Shown piece after piece: positions 43,154-52,391 of a stretch of 64,000 nucleotides of DNA. The translations under genes and the position numbers were made by a program. The notes beneath the pieces were generated by a model that was not told where the DNA came from, did no database searches, and worked only from the letters and a program-made list of their open reading frames with translations. Origin of the DNA: Gemmatimonadota bacterium (lineage in GTDB: Bacteria > Gemmatimonadota > Gemmatimonadetes > Palauibacterales > Palauibacteraceae); the NCBI GenBank assembly GCA_039587395.1, contig JBDHIQ010000003.1, forward strand, positions 22,582 through 86,581, in the 5' to 3' direction. Numbering within the stretch: position 1 is the stretch's first letter; each line of letters begins with the position of its first letter.

Positions 43154-44599
43154 ATGACCGGCGTGAACCGTTCGGTTGTCATTCACGGCCACTTCTACCA
43201 GCCGCCGCGCGAAGACCCATGGACCGATCAGGTTCCGGTCGAAGAGAACGCGGCACCGTTCCACGACTGGAACGAGCGCATCGAGCAGGAATGCTACCGG
43301 CCCATCACGCGGGTTCGCGTTCTGGACCAGGCGGGGCGAACCGTTCGCCGTGTCAACGCACTCGAGCACATGAGCTTCAATTTCGGTCCCACGCTGCTTC
43401 GCTGGATGGAGCGGCACGCACCCGACACGTACGACGCGGTGCTCGCCGCCGATCGCCGGAGCCGCACCCGGTTGGACGGCTGTGGCAACGCGCTCGCCAT
43501 GCCGTACCATCACCTGATCCTCCCCCTTGCCTCGAGACGCGACAAGCAGACCGAGGTCCGCTGGGGGATAGCGGATTTCAGGCGCCGGTTCGGCCGCGAC
43601 CCGCTCGGCATGTGGCTTCCCGAAACGGCCGTCGACCGGGAGACGCTGGACGTGCTGGGCGCCGAAGGGATCGTCTTCACGGTGCTGGCTCCCGTCCAGG
43701 TGGAGACACCGCCGGCGGGAGGGCGGCCGGGGATCCACAGGACGGAGAGTGGGCGGCAGATAGCCGTGTACGTGTACGACGGCGAGTTGTCCCACGGGGT
43801 GGCGTTTGGCGCGCTGCTCAAGGACACGGCCGCATGGGAAACGGCTGTCGTCGAGGCGCTGGGTGCGCCGGCTGCCGACTCCCCCGCCCTGGTCTCCCTT
43901 GCAGCGGACGGCGAGACGTTCGGACACCACCACAAGTTCGCCGAGATGGCGCTCGCGGCTGTCCTCGAGCGGCTCCATGAAAGACCGGACGTGCAGCTGG
44001 ACAACTTCGAGTCATTCCTGTCGCGACACCCGCCGGTGGAAGAGATCCGCTTGATCGAGCCGAGTTCCTGGAGCTGCAGCCATGGCGTGGAGCGCTGGAG
44101 GTCAGATTGCGGCTGCAAGATGGCTCCGGAGCGGGAAAGCCAGCAGGAGTGGCGGGCGCCACTGCGGGACTCGCTCGAGTGGTTGGCCTCGGAGCTCCAC
44201 ACGATCTTCGAAACGGAAGGCAGCGGGCTGTTCCAGGACCCCTGGTCCGTGCGCGACGAGTTGGGGGCCATCGGCCGGAGTGATGAAGAGATGGAAGCGT
44301 TTCTCCAGCGGCACCTGGGCGCGCCGGGGGACGGAAACAAGATGCGGCAGGCGCGCCGCCTCCTGGAGATGGAATGGGATGCGCTCAGGATGTTCACGTC
44401 CTGCGGGTGGTTCTTTGATGATCTCTCGGGTCTGGAGCCCATCCAGGTGCTCCGGTACGCGGCCCACGCTATCGATTTGGCGGGCCCCGCCGGCCCGCGA
44501 CTGACGGAGGGCCTGCTGGAGAGATTGGCGCTTGCGCCGGCCAACGACCCGGAGGTCGGCGACGCCGCCCGCCTGTACCGCGAACGGATCGCCTCATGA
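43154..44599 (+). CDS. Glycoside hydrolase family 57 protein (DUF3536-type)
   Basis: 481 aa. It has the GH57 N-terminal HGHFYQPPRE motif. Confidence 0.85.
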   Translation: MTGVNRSVVIHGHFYQPPREDPWTDQVPVEENAAPFHDWNERIEQECYRPITRVRVLDQAGRTVRRVNALEHMSFNFGPTLLRWMERHAPDTYDAVLAADRRSRTRLDGCGNALAMPYHHLILPLASRRDKQTEVRWGIADFRRRFGRDPLGMWLPETAVDRETLDVLGAEGIVFTVLAPVQVETPPAGGRPGIHRTESGRQIAVYVYDGELSHGVAFGALLKDTAAWETAVVEALGAPAADSPALVSLAADGETFGHHHKFAEMALAAVLERLHERPDVQLDNFESFLSRHPPVEEIRLIEPSSWSCSHGVERWRSDCGCKMAPERESQQEWRAPLRDSLEWLASELHTIFETEGSGLFQDPWSVRDELGAIGRSDEEMEAFLQRHLGAPGDGNKMRQARRLLEMEWDALRMFTSCGWFFDDLSGLEPIQVLRYAAHAIDLAGPAGPRLTEGLLERLALAPANDPEVGDAARLYRERIAS

Positions 44600-46533
44600 C
44601 GGGCCGGCCGCTTCGCTACGCGTTTGCGGCCCACGTCCACCAACCGGTCGGCAATTTCTCGCACATCTTCGAAGACCACGTGCGCGACGTCTATCTGCCG
44701 TTCCTGACGCACATGGCGGAGTCGGAACTGCTCCCCATCTCGCTGCACGTGTCCGGCCCCATCTTCGAGTGGTTGGAGGAAAACGGGTCCATCGGCCACG
44801 AGTACCTGGACCTGATCGGGCGCCTGGTGGCCAATCACCGGCTGGAGCTTCTGGCGGGCGGCTTCTACGAGCCCGTCCTGGTTTCGCTTCCTCCGGAGGA
44901 CCGGGCCGAGCAGATACTCTGGATGCGCGAGTACCTGGAGCGACGATTCGGGTATCAGGCCCAGGGATTGTGGCTGACGGAGAGGGTGTGGGAACCGTGC
45001 CTGGCAGCCGACCTGGCGGAGGCCGGCATGTCGTTCGCGCTTGTGGACGACCGGCATTTTCTGGTCAACGGCTTTGAGCGCGACAGGCTGCACGCACCGT
45101 ATCGAACCGAAGCGGACGGCAGGCCCATCGCCCTGTTCCCGATCGACGAGAAGCTGCGGTACATGATCCCGTTCCGTCCCCCCCGGGAGATTGTGGACTA
45201 CCTGGCCGGTTTGCGGACAGACGGGCAGCCCATGGCAGTGTTCGGCGACGACGGCGAGAAGTTCGGAGGCTGGCCGGGCACCCGGCGCTGGGTGTACGGA
45301 AAGGACTGGCTGGGCCGGTACACGCGGGCCCTGGCCGGCATGGTCCAGGACGGCGAGCTGATGCCGACCACGTTTGCCGAGGCGCTACGCGAAGTGCCCA
45401 GCGCGGGCCTCGCGTATCTGCCCTCCGCCTCATACCGGGAGATGGAAGGCTGGTCGCTCTTCCCCGTCGCGACCCGTCGTCTGGCTCGGCTGGAGAGGGA
45501 CCTGGGAGAGGAACGGATGTCGGGCCCGGACGGACGCCTGGTGCGGGGCGGTCACTGGAGGAACTTCCTCGCCAAGTACCCCGAGTCGAATCGGATGCAC
45601 AAGAAGATGCTCGCGCTGTCGCGTCTCTGCAGGGAGCGGGGGGATCCGCCGGAGGCGCGGCGCGCCATCGCCAGGGCGCAGTGCAATGACCCGTATTGGC
45701 ACGGCGTGTTCGGCGGTTTGTACCTCCCCCACCTCCGCCACGCCACCTGGCGGAACCTGGCCCTGGCCGAGCGTGACCTGCGAGCGGGAGAGGAACTCAC
45801 GTTCGAGGTGGTGGACTTCGACGCCGATGGGCACCCGGAGATCTGGATCCATTCCAGCGCCTTTTCGGCCATCGTCAGCCCCGCGCACGGGGGAGTCGTC
45901 GAAGAGCACACGTTGTTCAATCTCGGCGTCAACTGCGTGGATGTGCTCACCCGAAGGCGGGAGGCCTACCATATCGTGGAACCGCCGGGAGAGGCCGGCG
46001 CCGACAGCCAGGATGTCGAGGACGCGCTGCTCCTGAGCACGCTGCCTCCCGTCGACGCGGAAGCCAGGGCCCTGTTCGTGGATCGTGTCCTGCCGGGCGA
46101 TCTTACCAGGAGGCAGTACGCCGGCGGGGCCTACGAGCCGGTGTTCTCATGGGCCGCCACCGCAGCGCACGTGGATGCGCGATCGGCCCAGGAGCACGTG
46201 ACGCTCGTCATGCGGCTCGAAGCGGACGACGACAGCGGGATGTGGCTCGAAAAAGAGATGGAGTTCCAGAGGCAGGGCGGCGTGGTGGTGACCTACCGGT
46301 GGGACCCGGACGCCTTCCCCTCCTTTTCCTTCTTCGCTCCCGAACTCTCCGTGGCGCATGATGTCGAGCTGCAGTGTGAGCCCGAAGCGGAAATCTGGAA
46401 GTACCCCATCACGACTGTCGGCCGCTCCGAGACCGGTCTAGAGGAGACCGTGCAGGGCATCTCGGTCACGCCGCGCTGGTCCACCTCGCTGGGCGAGGCG
46501 CGGGTCCGGCCGCTGCTCCCCTGTAAGCTCTGA
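44596..46533 (+). CDS. Glycoside hydrolase family 57 protein (alpha-amylase/4-alpha-glucanotransferase/branching type)
   Basis: 645 aa. It has AFAAHVHQPVGNF and the WLTERVWEP GH57 core. ATG overlaps the preceding stop (ATGA). Confidence 0.85.
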   Translation: MTGRPLRYAFAAHVHQPVGNFSHIFEDHVRDVYLPFLTHMAESELLPISLHVSGPIFEWLEENGSIGHEYLDLIGRLVANHRLELLAGGFYEPVLVSLPPEDRAEQILWMREYLERRFGYQAQGLWLTERVWEPCLAADLAEAGMSFALVDDRHFLVNGFERDRLHAPYRTEADGRPIALFPIDEKLRYMIPFRPPREIVDYLAGLRTDGQPMAVFGDDGEKFGGWPGTRRWVYGKDWLGRYTRALAGMVQDGELMPTTFAEALREVPSAGLAYLPSASYREMEGWSLFPVATRRLARLERDLGEERMSGPDGRLVRGGHWRNFLAKYPESNRMHKKMLALSRLCRERGDPPEARRAIARAQCNDPYWHGVFGGLYLPHLRHATWRNLALAERDLRAGEELTFEVVDFDADGHPEIWIHSSAFSAIVSPAHGGVVEEHTLFNLGVNCVDVLTRRREAYHIVEPPGEAGADSQDVEDALLLSTLPPVDAEARALFVDRVLPGDLTRRQYAGGAYEPVFSWAATAAHVDARSAQEHVTLVMRLEADDDSGMWLEKEMEFQRQGGVVVTYRWDPDAFPSFSFFAPELSVAHDVELQCEPEAEIWKYPITTVGRSETGLEETVQGISVTPRWSTSLGEARVRPLLPCKL

Positions 46534-46558
46534 TCCCCGCGGCCGGGCCGCCGTTCCG

Positions 46559-47647
46559 TCAGCCGTCCAGTCGCGCGACCACCATGGCACCCATGTCGGT
46601 CGTGGAGATGCCGCTGCGCGCGTCGGCGGATGGTACGTCCCCGCTGCGCAACAGCTCCGCCACCGCGTCGTCCACGCGCTCTGCCGCCGCGGTCTCGCCC
46701 AGGAAGTCCAGCATCATGCCCGTCGCCGAGATGGCGCCAAGCGGGCACGCCACGTTCTTGCCCGCGTACTTGGGGGCCGAACCATGAATGGGTTCGAACA
46801 TGGACGTCCGTCCGGGGTGAATGTTGCCGGAGGCCGCGATCCCCATTCCTCCCTGGAGCATGGCTCCCAGGTCCGTGATGATGTCGCCAAACATGTTCGT
46901 GGTGACAATCACATCGAACCAGTCGGGGTTCTTCACCATCCACATGCAGCACGCGTCCACGTAGGCGTGGTCCGGCTCCACATCCGGGTACTCGTCTGCG
47001 ACGTGCGCGAAGGCGCGGGTCCAGACGTCGTGCGGGCGAACCGCGTTGGCCTTGTCCACGAGTGTGACCCGGGCCGGCCGTGACGTATCACCGCGTCGTT
47101 CCCTGTCCGCCACCCGGCGGCGGGCCAGGTCGAAGGCATACCGCGATGCCCTCTCGCACCCCTTCCACGTGTAGATGCCGTTTACGATGGCAACCTCATC
47201 GGGCGTGTCCTTCTTGAAGTGGCCGCCCACCTGCGAGTAAAGGCCCTCCGTATTCTCCCGGACGACCACGAACTCCAGATCCTCGGGACCCACGTCTTTG
47301 AGAGGACAAAGATGCTCTGCGTATAACTTTATAGGACGTAAGTTAATGTATTGATCGAGGCCGAATCGCAGTCCGAGAATGACGGATCGCTCGACCAGGC
47401 CGGTCTCGACTTCCGGGTGGCCAATCGCACCCAGGAGCACGGCATCGAGAGTACGCCACTCGTCTATCACCTCCTCGGTGACGAGCTCTCCCGTCTTTAG
47501 ATAGTGCTCCCCACTGTGCGGATAGTCGATCAGCTCGTAGTCCACCGCTTCCAGCACGGCGACCTTCTCCAGAACCTTCAGCCCTTCCAGCGCTACCTCA
47601 GGGCCGATCCCGTCGCCCCCGAGCACACCGATCTTGTATGTCGACAT
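46559..47647 (-). CDS. Isocitrate/isopropylmalate dehydrogenase family protein (LeuB or tartrate-dehydrogenase-like)
   Basis: ATG at 47647 ([18 protein letters not shown]...). It has the [25 protein letters not shown] signature. The track ORF has a 48-codon artefactual extension. Confidence 0.85.
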   Translation of the reverse strand: MSTYKIGVLGGDGIGPEVALEGLKVLEKVAVLEAVDYELIDYPHSGEHYLKTGELVTEEVIDEWRTLDAVLLGAIGHPEVETGLVERSVILGLRFGLDQYINLRPIKLYAEHLCPLKDVGPEDLEFVVVRENTEGLYSQVGGHFKKDTPDEVAIVNGIYTWKGCERASRYAFDLARRRVADRERRGDTSRPARVTLVDKANAVRPHDVWTRAFAHVADEYPDVEPDHAYVDACCMWMVKNPDWFDVIVTTNMFGDIITDLGAMLQGGMGIAASGNIHPGRTSMFEPIHGSAPKYAGKNVACPLGAISATGMMLDFLGETAAAERVDDAVAELLRSGDVPSADARSGISTTDMGAMVVARLDG

Positions 47648-47843
47648 GAGTACCCTCCCTGGCTGCAAACAGTGTGAGCCGAGAGGGGCGGGATGGGCAA
47701 TAGGGAGATCGTGCTGCGTAGCCAGGCCCCTGGGGGGTGGCCCCCGGGCGGGTGGTCTCTGCGGGGCGGAGTCGAGCGGGCGGCGAACCACCGGTTACCG
47801 GCGGAGCGCCGCCCTCCCCTGTCGGGTCATGCTGCGGGATTGA

Positions 47844-48518
47844 CTACTCGTCGTGGTTCCAGCTCCTCTCCCAGCGCACCTCGCGGCCGCAAATCGTGCC
47901 TTCCACCACCTTGTTCATCGCATCGGGGTGACGCACCGAGGTCAGGTCAAAGCGGCACGCGCCGTGGCGCTCAGTCTCCAGTATCCGCCACTCGAACCCG
48001 CCGCGGACGTGAGTGGTCTGGGGGCCGATGGGCACTCCGTTGACCAGCTTGCGCGCTGCTTCCAGCTGAAACCTGCCGTCGAGCTGTAACGCGTTGTCCC
48101 CGCGCGAAAGCCGGCACTCCACGATGCCGCCGTTTCCCTTCGCGAAGTACTTGACGGCGCCCTCGCCTTGCGGCTCGGCGACGATCCGGCCTCGGGCACC
48201 GACCCAGCCGCCTTCGGGGCAGCGGCGCCGGCGTGCGAACGGGCGACCATCCTGGCCTTCCTCGTCGAGCGCCAGCAACAGGCCATCCGCGTCTTCCTCG
48301 CTTCGCTCACCACCCCGCGTCATGCCCGGCGGCGCCAGTTCATCGAACAGCATCACGCCCAGCGAAACGTCCGTATCGAGGGCGATGGCCTCCGCGTCCG
48401 CCTGGTTCAGGTCGAGTCCCGGATCATCGGCGGGAGCCGTGGTCCGGTCGTCGCTACAGGCAGCCAGCCCGACGGCAGCTATCGTCACAAATGCCGAAAG
48501 CGCAGCTTGTTTTCGCAT
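47844..48518 (-). CDS. Hypothetical lipoprotein
   Basis: ATG at 48518 (MRKQAALSAFVTIAAVGLAACSDD). A lipobox is present. No recognisable domain. Confidence 0.55.
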   Translation of the reverse strand: MRKQAALSAFVTIAAVGLAACSDDRTTAPADDPGLDLNQADAEAIALDTDVSLGVMLFDELAPPGMTRGGERSEEDADGLLLALDEEGQDGRPFARRRRCPEGGWVGARGRIVAEPQGEGAVKYFAKGNGGIVECRLSRGDNALQLDGRFQLEAARKLVNGVPIGPQTTHVRGGFEWRILETERHGACRFDLTSVRHPDAMNKVVEGTICGREVRWERSWNHDE

Positions 48519-48676
48519 GCTATCCGCTCCTTGCTCAACGCCGCCCTGTCTCGCACCCGATCGGTTCTTGTACATCGCTGGGGACGTCGGCTGATGCGGA
48601 TCTGTTAAACGAGAGAGCAGCAGCGAACCCGCAATCCGGGCCTCAAAGCGTTGAGGGATAAAAGCTTACAGGCCTG

Positions 48677-49378
48677 CTAGTACGCCACGCCAATCGCGTT
48701 GCACAGAAACTTCTGCAAACCGGTTCCCGCCTTGCAGAGCGCCGTAAACTCCGCTGGCAGATCGGGGCCGGTTACCAGCTTGTGCGTCAGGCGCCGGACA
48801 CCGATGAAGTCCTTGCGTCGCAGGTCTTCGATCAACGGGTGCTCCGGGTCGAACCCGCGAGGATGAGTTTTCAGTGAGTCGCCCTCGAGCTCGAAATTCT
48901 CCTTGAAGCGCTTCCCGTTCCGCACCCGCTTCCACTTTGCGGGATCCTCCACAATTGCCTCCCGGATCTTGAGCAGCGACCTGGAGTCCGGGCGCCAGAT
49001 TCCACAGCCCATGAATACCTCGCCCGGCTGGAGGTGCAGATAGTAGCCCGGAGTATGCGCGTCCTTGCTGGCTTCGTGGCGGAACTGGATTCCAGTGTGC
49101 GTCTTGTACGGGCTCTTGTCCCGGGAGAACCGGGTATCGCGGTGGATGCGGAACAGCGAGCGCGGCGTCGCCATGAAGTGCGGGCTGATCTTCGTGAGTA
49201 ACGGATCCACGTCTTCGATGAACCGGAACGCCGGCGCCTTCACATGCTTCTCGTACCGATCCTTGTTCTCGTGAAACCAGGCTCGGCTGTTGTTCTCCTT
49301 GAGATCCGTCAGGAACCGAAAGGTCTGCGGCGTGAAGTAGCGTCGTGCGCCCATCGCTCGAGCCTCCCTTGTGCTCAT
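48677..49378 (-). CDS. DUF2461 (TIGR02453) family protein
   Basis: 233 aa. It has FRFLTDLKENNSRAWFHENKDRYEK...RIHRDTRFS family blocks. Confidence 0.8.
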   Translation of the reverse strand: MSTREARAMGARRYFTPQTFRFLTDLKENNSRAWFHENKDRYEKHVKAPAFRFIEDVDPLLTKISPHFMATPRSLFRIHRDTRFSRDKSPYKTHTGIQFRHEASKDAHTPGYYLHLQPGEVFMGCGIWRPDSRSLLKIREAIVEDPAKWKRVRNGKRFKENFELEGDSLKTHPRGFDPEHPLIEDLRRKDFIGVRRLTHKLVTGPDLPAEFTALCKAGTGLQKFLCNAIGVAY

Positions 49379-49420
49379 CCGTCTGTTGTGGTCATGGGTC
49401 CTGTTGCGGGTTTGCGCGAG

Positions 49421-49434
49421 GCGCCGATCGGCGC
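49421..49434. repeat. GCGCCGATCGGCGC perfect palindrome plus a 9-bp inverted repeat AATATCCAG/CTGGATATT (49466-49514) in the gap between the ABC operon end and the DUF2461 start
   Basis: Seen in sequence. It may be a terminator-like hairpin and/or an operator. No U-tract. Confidence 0.3.
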
Positions 49435-49545
49435 CCGGTCTGCCAACCAGTGATGCGGGCTGTGAAATATCCAGGGTGGAGCCCGGGGAATCCAGGAATC
49501 CGTGTCTGGATATTACTCCAGACTTTCACCCCGCTATCAACCGCC

Positions 49546-50382
49546 CTACAGATCACGGCGCCGGAACCATAGGAACGATCCGACGACGAAGAAGGCCAGC
49601 CAGGCTACCGCCGTGATCAGCAGCGTGCCGCCGTCCCAGATCTCGGGCGGAGTGCGCTCCGCCTCGATCGCCCTCTCGGTCGCTCGCTGGAGCGCCACGG
49701 GATCCCATTGCAGGTAGTTGGCCAGTCCCCCCTGCACCGTGCTGAACGGCGCGAAGCGCAATGCCGGGCGGATCCACTCGCCCAGTTGTGACAGACCTCC
49801 CAGGAGAAGACGCTCCCCGAAGCCGATATAGAAGAACCAGACGGCCATCGCGGGACCCTGGCTGCGGATGGCCATGGCCGCGGCGAATCCCATGGAGGCC
49901 AGAAGCATGAATCCCAGCATCAGGCCTCCGATCGCCGCCCATTGGGTTGCCCCCATCAGCGGTCCGCTCACGGCGCTCGCGTCGGTGCCCAGATACGCAA
50001 AGAAGCCACCCACGACGGTCAGCTCTCCGATGAATACGACCGCCAGCATCGGGATGAGGATCGTCTTGGCCCAGTACCAGCGGCCCTTGGAGAGCCCGTC
50101 GATCACATTCTGGCGCGCGGTGCGCCAGCTGAATTCGCCGGCCACCATGAGGATCAGCAGCACAGTACCGAAGACAAGGCCAACAAACGCACCGTCGCCG
50201 AAGATCTTCGGCCAGGCGTCGGGTAGCGCGAAGGTCCGCTCCGGATCCTTGCGCGCGCCCAGGTACTCATCGCCAAAGTTCATGAAGACGATGAACGAGA
50301 ACAGTCCAAGCGTAACCCAGGTGGCAAGCCGCTTGAACGTCTTGAGCATTTCGTTCCTGAACAGCGCGACGGGGCGGCTCAT
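49546..50382 (-). CDS. ABC-2 type transporter permease
   Basis: 278 aa with 6 predicted TM helices. It overlaps the ATPase gene stop. Confidence 0.85.
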   Translation of the reverse strand: MSRPVALFRNEMLKTFKRLATWVTLGLFSFIVFMNFGDEYLGARKDPERTFALPDAWPKIFGDGAFVGLVFGTVLLILMVAGEFSWRTARQNVIDGLSKGRWYWAKTILIPMLAVVFIGELTVVGGFFAYLGTDASAVSGPLMGATQWAAIGGLMLGFMLLASMGFAAAMAIRSQGPAMAVWFFYIGFGERLLLGGLSQLGEWIRPALRFAPFSTVQGGLANYLQWDPVALQRATERAIEAERTPPEIWDGGTLLITAVAWLAFFVVGSFLWFRRRDL

Positions 50383-51299
50383 GCGACCTCCCCCATGCCA
50401 TCGTCCGCGGCACCGGTGAGCTCCATGAACACGTCCTCCAGCGTGAGTTGCTGGAGGGCCAGGTGCGACACGTACACGCCGCGGTCCGCCAGGTAATGGT
50501 TCAGGCCAGCCAGGTCCTCTTCCGCCAGCTCCGCCACGACCGTGTCTTCCGCGACGCGCGCCGAAACGGTGCCAGGGAACGATTCCACCATGCGGCGCAG
50601 CGCAGGCAAGTCATCAGACCGGAGGCCGGCCAGGATGGTTTCGGCGGTGATCTCCTTGACGCTGTCCTGCCGGATGATCTCCCCTTCCTTGATGATCGCC
50701 ACGTGCGTGCAGGTGCGCTCGACTTCCCAGAGAAGGTGGCTGGAGAGGAAGATGGTCTTGCCTCGCTCGGCGAGCTCCTGGATGACGTGCCGGACCTCGC
50801 GCATGCCTTCCGGGTCCAGCCCGTTGGCCGGCTCATCCAGGATGATCAGTTCGGGGTCGCCCAGCATCGTGGCCGCCAGTGCCAGCCGCTGCTTCATCCC
50901 CAGAGAGAACGCCTTGAACTTCGTCCTCTTTCGCTTTGCGAGGCCCACGATGTCCAGGACCTCCTCCATCTCCTTCTTCGTCTTCCCCTTCACGTTGGCG
51001 ACGATGCGGAGGTTGTCCCAGCCCGACAGGTAGGGGTAGAAATTTGGAGTCTCGAGCGTGGCACCGATCCGCTGCCGGGCCGCGTGCAGCTCGGCCGCTC
51101 CGCTCCCGCCGAACAGGCTCACGCTCCCGCGTGTCGGGGTAATGATCCCGAGCAGCATGCCGATCGTCGTAGTCTTGCCGCTCCCGTTAGGGCCCAGGAA
51201 GCCGAAGATCTGGCCCTCTTCGACTTCGAAAGAGATGCCGTTGACGGCGCGGGTCTTCCGGAAGTGCTTGGTTAGGTCCGTGGTCTGGATGACGGGCAT
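50379..51299 (-). CDS. ABC transporter ATP-binding protein
   Basis: 306 aa. Walker A GPNGSGKTT, signature LSLGMKQRL, Walker B ILDEP. Confidence 0.9.
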   Translation of the reverse strand: MPVIQTTDLTKHFRKTRAVNGISFEVEEGQIFGFLGPNGSGKTTTIGMLLGIITPTRGSVSLFGGSGAAELHAARQRIGATLETPNFYPYLSGWDNLRIVANVKGKTKKEMEEVLDIVGLAKRKRTKFKAFSLGMKQRLALAATMLGDPELIILDEPANGLDPEGMREVRHVIQELAERGKTIFLSSHLLWEVERTCTHVAIIKEGEIIRQDSVKEITAETILAGLRSDDLPALRRMVESFPGTVSARVAEDTVVAELAEEDLAGLNHYLADRGVYVSHLALQQLTLEDVFMELTGAADDGMGEVA

Positions 51300-51583
51300 C
51301 AGCCCTCCTGCTCAGTGCCGACGGCCTCACCCGCTTCCAGGCGACGCCGGAACAGTTCTGCATCGACGAGCTGATCGATCTGACGATTCTGGTCCAGGAG
51401 CATCTCCTCGACCCGGGACAGTCGGCGCTCCAGGCTCTCCTCTTCGTTCTGGCGATCACCTTTGATGGCGCCCGTCAGGTCCCGAATCAGCGGTCGCAGC
51501 ACGAAGTGCGCGGCCACGGACATGATTGGCACGCCGATGATGAAGAAGATCCCGAGAAGCGGAATGAGCAGGGCAAAGTCCAT
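51299..51583 (-). CDS. Small PspB-like single-pass membrane protein with coiled-coil tail, first gene of the ABC operon
   Basis: 94 aa. It has an N-terminal TM (LLIPLLGIFFIIGVPIM), then RLSRVEEMLLDQNRQIDQLV resembling PspB architecture. The stop overlaps the ATPase start. Confidence 0.5.
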   Translation of the reverse strand: MDFALLIPLLGIFFIIGVPIMSVAAHFVLRPLIRDLTGAIKGDRQNEEESLERRLSRVEEMLLDQNRQIDQLVDAELFRRRLEAGEAVGTEQEG

Positions 51584-51919
51584 GGTTCACCCTTCGCGTG
51601 CTGGGTTTATTCCGGACCAATTGGACGGATATACGGACGCGGAACCGGCGCTGGAGGTTTCACCGGCCGGACCTCCGGCCCGGCGCTCGAGGCTTCAGAA
51701 GAGCGGACCGGGCTCGTGCGGGCAAGCCCGCCAGCGGAACAGCGGCCCACTTACGGAGGCCGACGCGTGGTTGGCTCGCGAGCTGACGAAGCGGGCACGC
51801 GGTGTGCAGCCTGACAGGTAACCGGCTTGTGCAAGGCTCGTATGAGGAACTAGGGTCACCCGAGCCCGCAGTACGGCCGGTTGCGGGTGACTGATGGGTT
51901 AGATGACAGGAGGGCAGAC

Positions 51920-52348
51920 ATGCGCATCTACGTGGCCGGAGCCCTGTTGGGTGCCTCGGATCTCGAGGAGGCCTGCGCCAGATACTGGGAACTGGGCAAC
52001 AACCTGCGTGAACGGGGTTTCGACATATACCTGCCGCAGGAACACACGCACCCCAACGGGACAAAAGAGCTGCGCGCCCGAGAGGTGTTCGACCGTGGTG
52101 TCCGGGAGCTGAAGAAATCGACGGTGCTGCTGGCGCTGCTGGACGAACCGTCGCTCGGGACGGGAGCCGAGATCGCACTCGCCCTCGAGGAAGGCATGAC
52201 CGTGATCGGAGCCCACCGGTTCGGCACTCCGGTGTCCCGGTTTGTCGTGGGTCTCCTCGAGTCTGTTCCCAACACGCAGATGATCGTGTACGAGACCCTG
52301 CCTGAGCTGGCGGCCAGAGTGCAAGAGGTCCTGGCAAAGAGATCCTGA
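51920..52348 (+). CDS. Nucleoside 2-deoxyribosyltransferase-like (NDT/PF05014-fold) small protein
   Basis: ATG at 51920 (MRIYVAGALLG...). The LLDEPSLGTGAEIALALEEGMTVIG block has the catalytic-Glu context typical of the NDT family. The track ORF starts at an upstream TTG. Confidence 0.6.
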   Translation: MRIYVAGALLGASDLEEACARYWELGNNLRERGFDIYLPQEHTHPNGTKELRAREVFDRGVRELKKSTVLLALLDEPSLGTGAEIALALEEGMTVIGAHRFGTPVSRFVVGLLESVPNTQMIVYETLPELAARVQEVLAKRS

Positions 52349-52391
52349 CCGTCAGAGGGGAGCGACTCGTCCCCCCATTTCGCCAGCCGGC

